Part shown: one piece after another, positions 27,951 through 37,461 of the stretch
Layout of the letters: each line of letters opens with the position of its first letter
Numbering within the stretch: position 1 is the first letter of the stretch
NCBI GenBank assembly: GCA_958296135.2
Contig: CATQHZ020000001.1
Coordinates: 1,664,001 to 1,728,000, forward strand
Source: an uncultured Poribacteria bacterium
Lineage (GTDB): Bacteria; Poribacteria; WGA-4E; WGA-3G
Reading direction: 5' to 3'
Length of the DNA: 64,000 nt
The notes under the pieces: model-generated
Seen by the model: the letters and a program-made list of their open reading frames with translations, nothing else
What the model was told of the DNA's origin: nothing
Database searches by the model: none
Made by a program: the position numbers and the translations under genes

Positions 27951-28520
27951 CCCGGACTACCGCCATCTCCTCTGCAGATCGACGCGTGGCGCGGCACAGG
28001 ACCGCGCCCTACGGACTAAGGGCATTTTCACTGAAGGGCCCTTTTCACCGTAGCGCGAGGGCCTGTCCCTCGCGATCGTTCGACCACACCAAAAACACCC
28101 GAAGCCCCGGGACTTCTCTGTAGGTCGATGCATGGCGCGGCACAGGACCGCGCCCTACGGACTAAGGGGCTTTTAACCGCTGCATGGCGCGGCACAAGAC
28201 CGCGCCCTACGGACTAAGGGGCCCTTTTTACCATCGCGCGAGGGCCTGTCCCTCGCGATCGTCCACGCGACAAGAAAGGCCCTTTTCACCGTAGCGCGAG
28301 GGCCCGGCGATCGCGAATCGCCGAGGGTTCCCCTCGCGATCGTCCGAACCACACGAACCCCCTTTCACCGTAGCGCGAGGGCCTGTCCCTCGCGATCCCT
28401 CTTGAGAGACCGATGCATGGCGCGGCACAGGACCGCGCCCTACGGTAGAAGGGGCCCTTTTTACCATCGCCTGGCGAGGCACAAGACCTCGCCCTACGGA
28501 CTAAGGGCCCCTCGCGATAG
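27951..28520. repeat. BIME-like cluster of REP-like palindromes
   Basis: Alternating ccgtagcgcgagggcctgtccctcgcga and tggcgcggcacaggaccgcgccctacgg units. Confidence 0.9.
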
Positions 28521-28532
28521 ACCTAACCACAC

Positions 28533-28572
28533 AAAAAAACAGCCGCAACCCCCAAGGGGCCACGGCCGTTTT
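28533..28572 (-). terminator. Probable intrinsic terminator of the lamin-tail gene
   Basis: Minus strand aaaacggccgtggccccttgggggttgcggctgttttttt: GC stem plus U7. Confidence 0.6.
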
Positions 28573-28604
28573 CTACATGGCGAGGGACAACCCTCACCCT
28601 ACAT

Positions 28605-31600
28605 CTATTTCGCCTGCTTTTTCACCTCACCGAACGTCGTCAACTGCCGATTGGCCGCAGAGACAGGCCCCCGCAACATCCGCGTCGCCAACGTCACCGG
28701 CCGCCCATCAAACGCGACCTCCTCGATCTGATAATAGTACTCAACACCCGGCTTCGCAGACGTATCCGTAAACGTATACGTCTGACGCTCACCCGTCGTG
28801 CCAGCACCCGCAATCAGCGCAGCATTCAGCAGCGTGAAACCGCTCGCGCGTTTCTCACTACGGCGCAGGTTAAAGCCAGCGTTGTCAACTTCGGACTCCG
28901 TCGTCCACGTCACGACAACCGCACCTGCCTCCGTGCGCGCCACGGTGAAACTTGACAATTCCACCGGCAAGGCACCGCCTTTCCGATACCCCGGCGTGCC
29001 GATATCCTCAGCATGCCCATAGTGGAGGTCTGACACAGCGAGTCGCTTGACGTTCGATGCCAGAGCCCAACTCGCACGCTGCTTCCCTTTCAGTGCAACG
29101 CCGTTGTCGTAACGCCGAATCAGCGAGCTCCGAACACCTTCCTCGGCACTCACCGGTAACGCCCACGCCGGCGCATCTTTCGTCCGACGATTGCCATCGG
29201 TGTTGCCGACTTCGTCTACGAGGTTACCGTTGCTATCGGTAAGCTTCAGGTAGAACCCTTCCGCGCTCAGGAACGTATCCCGCGCAATCTTGATACGCAG
29301 ATTCCTCGCATGCAATGCCAACAGGTTGTAAACCCGCGCCGCAGGAAACACCGTGCTTGATGACGCACGCGCCGGCCCCGCAACAATCAGCAGTGTCTGA
29401 TTCGGTTGAATCACCTTCTCTTGCAACGTCAACGCCACAATCGGCCGCCCTACCAAATCTTCCGAATCCACATTCTGGAACTCCAGTTCCCACCGGTTCA
29501 GATTGAGTGCCTCGGTTTTGGATTTATTATACAGCTCTATCCACTGCGGCAGTGTCCCACCACCCGAATCGAACATCACCTCGCTGATGGTGATACTGCC
29601 TTTCGGCGTAGCTGCTGCCGTTTTCACAGCACCATTCGGATACCCCGGGGTGCCAGCGGTGGCAGCAGACTTGGAAACATTCCTATCATAGCCGATACCG
29701 GTGAACGCCGCTTCTGCCCAGGCATCTTTGTGGTAACCCACAATATCCGCTTTCGCGCGCTGCCACACCTTACCGGAGCCGAGGGCCCCTTCGGTATCAC
29801 CACCCGGTGCCTGACGCACTTGCAACGGCCAGACGTATGTATCATAGTCACCTGTCTGCTCGCGAACGAACGCATCCGTGTCACTGCCACCGCCACCGGC
29901 GACATCCACGAACGCCTCGTTCAACCCCAACTTCTCTTTAGCGTTGCGCAGAATCAACAGGAACTTCCCATCATCCGGCAACGCGAGGCCCGAGGCAACG
30001 AGATACTGATGCGGCGAACCTTTCTGCTCTACGGCGGAAGTGGCAATATCATCGCCACCGGCGAGAGACGTTTTGTCCGGCGAGGTACTCACCAGCAACA
30101 GCAGCCCATTCGCCGGCACGCTCACATCCGCGAAAACGACAAGCGATGTATCTTCCTTTTTGTCATCTTGCACGACGCTCAGCTCCCAGTCTTTCAAGGA
30201 GACAGCCGCGCCCGTGACATTGCGGAGTTCCAGCCAGTCATTTGCAGCACCGCTGCCATTGCCCAACTCGTTGAAAACAATGGGCGAACGTGGCACAGCC
30301 GACGCAGCAGCCTTCGGCGAAGTCTCCTCGGGGAAAAACGGCACAAACGGCACAACCGGTGTCTCCTGGACGACAGGCGAACCCCCCGGGCCCGCCGCCG
30401 GCACCGAGGCCGGCGCAGCACCAGACGCAACCGCTGGTGCCGCTGTCCCAACCTGCTGCCCATCCGGCGCACCTAGGGGCCCAGACAACAACGTCGTCTC
30501 TTCCGGCACGAGTATCTCAACAGAGGGAGCACGCACTGTCTCTGCCACCGTGTCCGTGGCTGCCACCGTATACGCAAACGTCACTTTCGTCGAATTCGTG
30601 TCTTCCGCAGCCGTCCAAACAGCATGCCGCGCATTGGCTAACACTTGTTCACCCAGATACACCACCAGATACGGCGGGTTCGCCCCTTCATACCGTAGAT
30701 TCTCCTGGGCATACGTCACCGACACTTCAATCTTATCCCCGGCGGTATAGACACCCGCGGCGGGCGCAACAATCTCCGGCGTACCCACCACGCTGTCCAC
30801 CGGCACTGTTAACGTATTTGATACCAGATTCCCGTTGCCCGCAATGTCCTGCGTGGCACCCGCGGGAACCTGAATCGTCACATCGCCCCTAAAACCAGCG
30901 GCGGGCGTAATCCGCGCTTTGTAAACCAAGAACGATGCCGAATTCTTCGCATCACCGGGAGCATGCCCATCGGGAGGCGTCGTGTCACCATAATTCTGTG
31001 GTGCACGATGGTCAAGCCCAATGTAAACCGGGGCAGCAACCGTCCAGTCCAGCGAATTCCCGTTTGCATCGGTGAGGACGATGTCCTCCGCGCCAAACGT
31101 CGTCCCGATTTCCTCGGCGATGGCACTCGTCGATTTGTAATGGTTCGTAAAGCGGAATTCAACGTCAAACGCACCGTCCTGCGCCACCGATTCCGTAGTC
31201 CCTGCCGCAAAATCTGTCACAGAGCCGGCATCGGGATCCAGGTTGACTATCGCATTGCGCCTATCCTCGGTGTGCGTCTCCCCATTCTTGATCACGCCGG
31301 CAATCCACACCGTCGGCGGAAAGGTATCCACCATGTACTTGATGAGCCCCAGGTTGTATGCCTCAGTGAATTCCGGGTTATACAACGCATCACCATATCT
31401 CGTCTCTTTATAACTCGTGAGAGTGGGTTCCATAGCAACAAATGCCACGAACCGATCAAGAAGCCCATAACCAACTGTCGTCCTGATATTAAGCTCGTTG
31501 CCAGCCAAATCGGTTATCAACTTTGGATTAGAGATACGGGTATTACTCCATACGCGATCATAGACGTTATGCCATAGTTGTGAATGGAGATGCTCGACCA

Positions 31601-32714
31601 CAAAGTGGCTGAACTCTCGATCTCCCTTTTTCACCGTGTATCGGAAGATGAGCGTGTCGTCCCCATCCGTCGCATCTGCCTCGGTGAGCGTCATCTCCGC
31701 TCTGCTACCCTTGAGCCAGCTTCCTACTGGATGCATCGTCACACCGGGGTGTGCCTTTACCGGTTCATTAAACGTCAACTGAATTGCAATCTCGTCGCCG
31801 ACGTTGAAGAAGCCCGCTTCTGGGCTAGTGTCCAAATTCACCTCGTCGGGAAGGGCCCAGCCGTGAGTATGCACGAGGGCACAGGCGGCCGTGTAGGCCT
31901 CGCCGAAGATGCCGTGAAACTGCAAGCACTCCTGCCGCACTTGATAGTAGCGAGAGGGACCGGTTTGCCCACTAGGAGGAGAATTCACATGCCTAACCGA
32001 GAATTCACTGATAGGTTTCAGCACCGGGCTCACTCCGTCCACAGTGGGAGGTGCTGTGCTACCGATGACAGGGGGGGTAGCAGGAATATGGTTAGTCGAG
32101 TCAGTGCCTTCCCACTTTATCCAAAACGCATATTCGACATTGTTACTTCTCTCTGTCATATGACCGTGCCGCGCATTAGCGGTGGCATCGTGATAGGAGG
32201 TGCCTCTGACGATAGATTGCCAATGGTGACTCTTGAGGTATCTGCCATAGTTGCCATTACTGGTGGACACCGAACGCAGGGCGATCGCGCCACTGTTGCC
32301 CCCCGCGAGCGTATAGGCAAACCGAACAGTAGTCGCATCATCCGCGACTCTTTCTATATTCGGGTTGGCACCCGAGTAGATGGTACCGTCGGACTGGAGC
32401 GGTTTTGCTTCAACCCCAGCGGTGCCTACCGTTAGAAATAAGCCAGCTGAAGCATAGACATCAATAACCACCGGATTAGGATCCGAAGCAGGCTCCCTAA
32501 AACGCATCTCAATGATAACCTGATCGCCGGTGCCGAGCCTCGGCACGTTGCCGGAGGGCGAGTCCATGATGCTTCCGCCAACACGCTTGTACTGCCACTT
32601 CACATCCTTCACCGTGATGGTGGCTTGCGCGTGCACGTCTAGCGGGGTGGCCATGGAGACAACGCCGGCGATGAACAGAAAAACGCAAAGGTTGAGGAAA
32701 GATTTTCTAATCAT
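28605..32714 (-). CDS. Large secreted protein: Ig-like repeats, two lamin-tail domains, LPVELSSF Ig-like domain and C-terminal tail motif
   Basis: Signal peptide; IVFNELG..DWLELRN and ITISEVM..QWIELYN lamin-tail motifs; VPAGATQDIAGNGN Ig-like; WTTESEVDNAGFNL. Confidence 0.85.
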   Translation of the reverse strand: MIRKSFLNLCVFLFIAGVVSMATPLDVHAQATITVKDVKWQYKRVGGSIMDSPSGNVPRLGTGDQVIIEMRFREPASDPNPVVIDVYASAGLFLTVGTAGVEAKPLQSDGTIYSGANPNIERVADDATTVRFAYTLAGGNSGAIALRSVSTSNGNYGRYLKSHHWQSIVRGTSYHDATANARHGHMTERSNNVEYAFWIKWEGTDSTNHIPATPPVIGSTAPPTVDGVSPVLKPISEFSVRHVNSPPSGQTGPSRYYQVRQECLQFHGIFGEAYTAACALVHTHGWALPDEVNLDTSPEAGFFNVGDEIAIQLTFNEPVKAHPGVTMHPVGSWLKGSRAEMTLTEADATDGDDTLIFRYTVKKGDREFSHFVVEHLHSQLWHNVYDRVWSNTRISNPKLITDLAGNELNIRTTVGYGLLDRFVAFVAMEPTLTSYKETRYGDALYNPEFTEAYNLGLIKYMVDTFPPTVWIAGVIKNGETHTEDRRNAIVNLDPDAGSVTDFAAGTTESVAQDGAFDVEFRFTNHYKSTSAIAEEIGTTFGAEDIVLTDANGNSLDWTVAAPVYIGLDHRAPQNYGDTTPPDGHAPGDAKNSASFLVYKARITPAAGFRGDVTIQVPAGATQDIAGNGNLVSNTLTVPVDSVVGTPEIVAPAAGVYTAGDKIEVSVTYAQENLRYEGANPPYLVVYLGEQVLANARHAVWTAAEDTNSTKVTFAYTVAATDTVAETVRAPSVEILVPEETTLLSGPLGAPDGQQVGTAAPAVASGAAPASVPAAGPGGSPVVQETPVVPFVPFFPEETSPKAAASAVPRSPIVFNELGNGSGAANDWLELRNVTGAAVSLKDWELSVVQDDKKEDTSLVVFADVSVPANGLLLLVSTSPDKTSLAGGDDIATSAVEQKGSPHQYLVASGLALPDDGKFLLILRNAKEKLGLNEAFVDVAGGGGSDTDAFVREQTGDYDTYVWPLQVRQAPGGDTEGALGSGKVWQRAKADIVGYHKDAWAEAAFTGIGYDRNVSKSAATAGTPGYPNGAVKTAAATPKGSITISEVMFDSGGGTLPQWIELYNKSKTEALNLNRWELEFQNVDSEDLVGRPIVALTLQEKVIQPNQTLLIVAGPARASSSTVFPAARVYNLLALHARNLRIKIARDTFLSAEGFYLKLTDSNGNLVDEVGNTDGNRRTKDAPAWALPVSAEEGVRSSLIRRYDNGVALKGKQRASWALASNVKRLAVSDLHYGHAEDIGTPGYRKGGALPVELSSFTVARTEAGAVVVTWTTESEVDNAGFNLRRSEKRASGFTLLNAALIAGAGTTGERQTYTFTDTSAKPGVEYYYQIEEVAFDGRPVTLATRMLRGPVSAANRQLTTFGEVKKQAK

Positions 32715-32747
32715 TTCATTTTTTCTTTATTTTATCGAACTGGAGAG

Positions 32748-33068
32748 TCACTGCGCCGTTTGCGGTGGCTCTCTGCAAAGTTCACAAAGACCGGAGAGGA
32801 CACGCCGTGCCTTTCTTAACAAGATCACCTGCAGATTCAAGCGCAGCAGATGTCGTAGTCTCGGAGAAAACAGGGTAACCGTGGGCGAATGCCCACGGTT
32901 ATCCTGCCCCTTTATATCCCTAGTGGGGACAGAAATTTCCCCGGAACAACGCTGGTGGACCTCGACGGTGCAATGCGAAAAGCCCCGTGGCAGCCGCGTC
33001 CACGCGAACGTGAGCGGCTGCCACGGAGCAATGTGAGTCGCGCGTATGCAACGCGCGCGGTTTTTCAT
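32748..33068 (-). other. 106-codon leader ORF overlapping strong hairpins; coding status uncertain
   Basis: Same frame as the downstream giant gene, stops 33 nt before its ATG; frame stays open upstream to the C8 tract. Confidence 0.35.
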
Positions 33069-33127
33069 GTTGGAATTGTGAGCAGGGATATCCCCCCGGA
33101 GCCCCTGCCTGCCGAGTTTATCAAGGG

Positions 33128-33289
33128 TTAACTGGCGTAAAGTGAGGGGGGGGTAATCCGGTCTAGGGCATCGTCAACGGGAGGCGCAAACGCAAACGTA
33201 GACACGGAGTGCAGCCAGGGCGGCTGCTGCGTCGCTTTCACAGATATCTGCAGGCGAATCGGGTGATCCGCGCGGAATAGAGTGTTCAC
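33128..33289 (-). CDS. 53-aa upstream ORF (MNTLFRADHPIRLQISVKATQQPPWLHSVSTFAFAPPVDDALDRITPPSLYAS) containing a C8 tract
   Basis: AAAGGAG RBS 7 nt before GTG, about 50 nt downstream of a consensus promoter; below the ORF-track size cutoff, translated by hand. Confidence 0.55.
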   Translation of the reverse strand: MNTLFRADHPIRLQISVKATQQPPWLHSVSTFAFAPPVDDALDRITPPSLYAS

Positions 33290-33345
33290 GTTCGTGCTCC
33301 TTTATTAGTTGCGTTGAATGTCATGCCCCAAATGATAACATAAAT

Positions 33346-33425
33346 AGTATACCACATTTTTGCGTGTTTGTCAAATTAAAAATGTGATTTTTTTAGATGC
33401 TATCATTTTTTAACGTTTTTGTCAA
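33346..33425 (-). promoter_or_regulatory. Tandem sigma70-type promoters for the lamin-tail gene leader
   Basis: TTGACA-17-TATACT (33374-33346) and TTGACA-17-TAGCAT (33425-33397), both with TG extension. Confidence 0.75.
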
Positions 33426-33454
33426 GGTTTAGGTTACAGCATCCAGGTCCAGAG

Positions 33455-34010
33455 CGGCCCTTTTCACCCTTGCGCGAAAGAGGCCCCTTTTCACCGATGC
33501 ATGGCGCGGCACAGGCCCGCGCCCTACGGACTAAGGCGCATTTTTACTGACGGCCCCTTTTCACCGTAGCGCGGCGGCCTGTCCGCCGCGATCTCTCGAC
33601 CCACACAAAAAACGCGCGAAATCCCGGACTACCGCCATCTCCTCTGCAGATCGACGCATGGCGCGGCACAGGACCGCGCCCTACGGACTAAGGGCCTTTT
33701 ACCCAAGCACGGCGCGGCACAGGACCGCGCCCTACGGACTCAGGGCCTTTTCACCTTAGGCCCCTTTCACCGTAGCGCGAGGGCCTGTCCCTCGCGATCT
33801 CTCGACCCACACAAAAAACGCGCGAAATCCCGGACTACCGCCATCTCCTCTGCAGATCGACGCATGGCGCGGCACAGGACCGCGCCCTACGGACTAAGGG
33901 GCTTTTAACCGATGCATGGCGCGGCACAGGACCGCGCCCTACGGACTCAGGGGCTTTTAACCGATGCATGGCGCGGCACAGGACCGCGCCCTACGGACTC
34001 AGGCGCATTT
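33455..34010. repeat. BIME-like cluster of REP-like palindromes with an internal ~206-bp period
   Basis: Same units as 27951-28520; duplicated block at ~33591 and ~33797. Confidence 0.9.
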
Positions 34011-34036
34011 TGACTGATTGAGCGAAAAATATCCTC

Positions 34037-34065
34037 TTGATTTCCACGTTGCAATCTGCTATAAT
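34037..34065 (+). promoter_or_regulatory. sigma70-type promoter
   Basis: TTGATT-17-TATAAT with TG extension. Confidence 0.6.
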
Positions 34066-34105
34066 AAAATTGTTTAACTTCCAGAGTGCGAGAGGCATAC
34101 GTAAA

Positions 34106-34912
34106 ATGAAAATGAATTCGTGGTTTATCGCAGGTTTGTTCGTTCTATCGGCGGCAGGTACTGGGTTCCTCTACTGGTTCCGCGTTGAGACAGATGCGCG
34201 TGTTGGGCAGCAAGTGCCGCTCAGCACCGAGGTTCCAAATCACACGCTGTTTGACGAAGTGTTGCAAGCGCGCGTCAACGCTGAAGGTGAGGTAGATTAC
34301 GCCGAGTTGAAGGCACACCCGGAAAAATTGGAGGTATACCTAAATCAGTTGGCAGTGGCAGATCCGGCGGCGTTATCGTATCACGAGCAACTCGCGTTCT
34401 GGCTCAATGCCTACAACGCGCTTGTCATCAAAGGGGTTGTGGATAGATACCCGACGACGAGTGTGCGCAGAATCAAACCGTTCGGTGGGTTTTTCTCTCG
34501 CCTGAAATTTCAGGTGGCCGGCAAACCTTACACGCTCAACGAAATTGAACACGACGTTATCCGCGCCGAGTTTGTAGATGCACGCGTCCACTTCGCGCTT
34601 GTGTGTGCATCAGGAGGATGCCCGGTGCTGGAAAACCGCGCCTTTTTCGCCAATACACTTGAGGAACGGCTTGAAACTGCCACCTTTAACTTCGTTACCA
34701 ATCCCGAGAAGGTGCGGCTTGCGCGCAGCGAACGCCGAATCTATCTCTCCAAAATTTTCAAATGGTATGCCGCCGATTTCACGGAGGGATACGCGGATGT
34801 AACCGATTTTCTCGCGGACTACCTGCCGCCTGACGATGCAGCATTTCTTGAAACCGAAGAGGTCGAATTTCACTATCTGGATTACGATTGGACATTGAAC
34901 GATCAACGTTAG
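34106..34912 (+). CDS. DUF547 domain protein
   Basis: LAFWLNAYNA, TLNEIEH, RVHFALVCASGGCP, LSKIFKWY..DF, YDWTLN. Confidence 0.9.
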   Translation: MKMNSWFIAGLFVLSAAGTGFLYWFRVETDARVGQQVPLSTEVPNHTLFDEVLQARVNAEGEVDYAELKAHPEKLEVYLNQLAVADPAALSYHEQLAFWLNAYNALVIKGVVDRYPTTSVRRIKPFGGFFSRLKFQVAGKPYTLNEIEHDVIRAEFVDARVHFALVCASGGCPVLENRAFFANTLEERLETATFNFVTNPEKVRLARSERRIYLSKIFKWYAADFTEGYADVTDFLADYLPPDDAAFLETEEVEFHYLDYDWTLNDQR

Positions 34913-34925
34913 AAGGAGAATTTTG

Positions 34926-35963
34926 ATGATAAACACTGCAGTCATCGGCTACGGCTATGCCGGCCGCGCTTTCCATTCCTATCTTGTCGGTTTGGCAGAT
35001 GGCTTGAACCTTTACGCTGTCGCCACGAGAGATGCTGAACGGCGCGCCGCTGCACGCGAAGCATATCCAAACGCACAGATTTACCAAACTATTGACGAAG
35101 TCCTCATAGACGATGCGGTGGAGCTCGTCGTGCTCGCCACACCGCACGATACACACGCCGCGCTCGCTATCAAAGCGATGGATGCCGGCAAGCACCTCGT
35201 CACTGATAAAATCATGGCGATGAACACCGCCGAGGCAGATGCGATGATTGCCGCCAGCAAGCGGAATAACGTCTTGCTTAGCGTCTTCCACAACCGCCGA
35301 TGGGACTGGGACTACCTCACCGTCAAAAAGGTTATCGCTGATGGGCTGCTCGGCACGCCTTACCTCTTCCAGGTGGCGATTATGCGCTACGGGAAGCCTA
35401 GCGGCTGGCGCAGTATCAAAAAGCACAGCGGCGGTATCCTCTATGATTGGCCCGCGCACTTCGTCGATCAGGCACTGCAATTCGTGCAGGCCCCCGTCGC
35501 ATCTGTCTTCTGCGATATCCATTACAATTCAAAATGGGACATCGACATCGGCAACTACGCGAACCTTATTATTAAGTTCGAGAACGATGTGCGGTATCAG
35601 ATTGAGATAGGCAACCTCTCCAAGGCGGAGAAGCCGCGGTGGTATGTCGTCGGCGACGAGGGCGGCCTGATCAAATACGGGCTGGACCCGCAGGAGGGAC
35701 CGATGCGCGATGGCGATATTGATGCCGCGGCAGAAGACCCGGGCAACTACGCCAAAGTCTGGACCGAGGCGGGCGGCGAACCTCGTGAACTCGTGCTTGA
35801 GAGTGTGCGCGGCACATGGAAGTCCTACTATCAGAATATCGCAGATGTCCTGAACAACGGCGCGGAATTGGTTGTTAAACCGGAAGAGGTGCGCAAAGTC
35901 ATGCAGGTATACGATGCGGCGATGCAATCCGCGGAAACTGGGGAAACAGTATCTCTCCGGTAG
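34926..35963 (+). CDS. Gfo/Idh/MocA oxidoreductase (IolW/YdgJ-like)
   Basis: IGYGYAGRAFH, HNRRWD, GLDPQE. Confidence 0.9.
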   Translation: MINTAVIGYGYAGRAFHSYLVGLADGLNLYAVATRDAERRAAAREAYPNAQIYQTIDEVLIDDAVELVVLATPHDTHAALAIKAMDAGKHLVTDKIMAMNTAEADAMIAASKRNNVLLSVFHNRRWDWDYLTVKKVIADGLLGTPYLFQVAIMRYGKPSGWRSIKKHSGGILYDWPAHFVDQALQFVQAPVASVFCDIHYNSKWDIDIGNYANLIIKFENDVRYQIEIGNLSKAEKPRWYVVGDEGGLIKYGLDPQEGPMRDGDIDAAAEDPGNYAKVWTEAGGEPRELVLESVRGTWKSYYQNIADVLNNGAELVVKPEEVRKVMQVYDAAMQSAETGETVSLR

Positions 35964-36211
35964 GCGCGGTTTATCACCGCGCTATGGAGAATTCTGTCCG
36001 TTCAAATTCTGGCTGTTCAAATTTTGGACAGTCGTGTTCATTTTCTAACGGGGAGATATCGTTCATATCTGCCTATCGCGCCCAAGAAACGGGAGGACAC
36101 GGCAATCCATCTTGACGAAATGGCGCTGCAAAGTTGGCATCATCTTTGCTATAACGTTTAGTAAACAACGATGCGCACTGCGAAATCGCGCAAAATCAGG
36201 AGAGTAAAAAA

Positions 36212-37318
36212 ATGAAAAGGAACGTTTGGGGCACGAGCCTTGCATTGATGCTGATAATGTTCTTCGCGGGTGGGGTAGCGGCTGATAACCATGCTTCCCA
36301 GTCACCTTACCACGAACTCAACCAGCAAGTCATCGCAAGCATTGACAACGGCTTGGAATGGCTGAAAGCACAGCAGGGAGAAGACGGCCTCTTCCGCAAC
36401 CATCCGGGGATAACGGCCATCGTGGTTACTGCCTTTCTGCGGCACCCGCAGGGAAAATACACGGAGGCGAACAGTCCGTTCATCGCGAAGGCACTCCGGC
36501 GGCTCGTCGCGATGCAACAGCCGGACGGTGCTATCTACGACGCGGATAAGCAACCCGCGCTGCCGAATTACAACACCTCTATTTCCGTGATGGCACTCGC
36601 TTCAACGGGAAATCCGGCATACGCCGAGGTCATCGCGAAAGCGCAAGGTTTCCTGAAAGGCCTGCAAATCACGGACGAGGAGAGCGTCTATTACGGCGGC
36701 ATCGGCTACGGCAGCCGGCAAACCGTGCATGACCTTTCTAATTTGAACATTGCTATCCAAGCGCTTAAAGAGAGCGGTTCCGATGACGATGAAGTCTGGA
36801 ACAAGGCGGTTAAGTTTCTGGAACGGACACAGAATCGCAGTGAGAGCAATGACCAGGGCTGGGCAGGCAACGATGGCGGCTTCATCTATTCGCCAGATGG
36901 GGAGAGTAAGGCAGGCACGGATGAGGCAGGCAGCCCACGCAGTTATGCCAGCATGACATACGCCGGGTTGTTGAGTTTCATCTACGCGAACGTTGATAAA
37001 GACGATGCACGCGTGCAGGCGGCCGTTGATTGGATCCAGCAGCACTTCACGTTGGACGAAAACTACGGCGTGGGTGCGCAGGGGCTCTATTACCACTACC
37101 ACACAATGGCGAAAGCGTTGCAGCTTTACGGACAGCCCATTCTTGTTGATGCAAAGGGCATCTCACACGATTGGTACCAAGAATTCGCGGAAAATTTGAT
37201 GGAGCTGCAGAATCCAGAAGGCTTCTGGGTAAACGAGGAAAGCCGCTGGATGGAGGCAGACCCGGTGTTAGTTACGGGTTATTCGGTTCTCGCTCTTGAT
37301 ACAGCTTACCCGCGTTAA
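36212..37318 (+). CDS. Secreted prenyltransferase/squalene-oxidase-repeat (terpene cyclase fold) protein
   Basis: Signal peptide; QW-like repeats WLKAQQGEDG, AMQQPDGA, ELQNPEGFW; DLSN, SMTYAGL. Confidence 0.8.
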   Translation: MKRNVWGTSLALMLIMFFAGGVAADNHASQSPYHELNQQVIASIDNGLEWLKAQQGEDGLFRNHPGITAIVVTAFLRHPQGKYTEANSPFIAKALRRLVAMQQPDGAIYDADKQPALPNYNTSISVMALASTGNPAYAEVIAKAQGFLKGLQITDEESVYYGGIGYGSRQTVHDLSNLNIAIQALKESGSDDDEVWNKAVKFLERTQNRSESNDQGWAGNDGGFIYSPDGESKAGTDEAGSPRSYASMTYAGLLSFIYANVDKDDARVQAAVDWIQQHFTLDENYGVGAQGLYYHYHTMAKALQLYGQPILVDAKGISHDWYQEFAENLMELQNPEGFWVNEESRWMEADPVLVTGYSVLALDTAYPR

Positions 37319-37331
37319 CCTCGTGTCTCCT

Positions 37332-37356
37332 AGGGCGGATATCCCTATCCGCCCTT
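37332..37356 (+). terminator. Hairpin terminator (related to the GGGCGGATA repeat family)
   Basis: agggcggata tccc tatccgccct followed by a pyrimidine tract. Confidence 0.55.
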
Positions 37357-37461
37357 TCCCTTCCTCGTAGTAACTCTCTTCGGGAGATAACACCTTTAGC
37401 GAAACCTAATAACTGTCACGGTTCTATACGGTGCTAAGGTTTGAAAAACTGGTGTTGCTCC

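Noticed and set aside
27951-28520. CRISPR array or protein-coding ORFs (e.g. 28228-28482)
   Set aside because: Irregular mosaic of palindromic units; the ORFs are just repeat translations
29406-32435. Long plus-strand ORFs (356, 283, 236 aa)
   Set aside because: Antisense shadows of the 1369-aa gene
32715-33345. Known riboswitch or tRNA in the leader
   Set aside because: No recognisable consensus of a known family by eye; an Rfam search is needed
36212-37318. Squalene-hopene cyclase
   Set aside because: Too short, has a signal peptide, lacks the canonical DXDDTA motif
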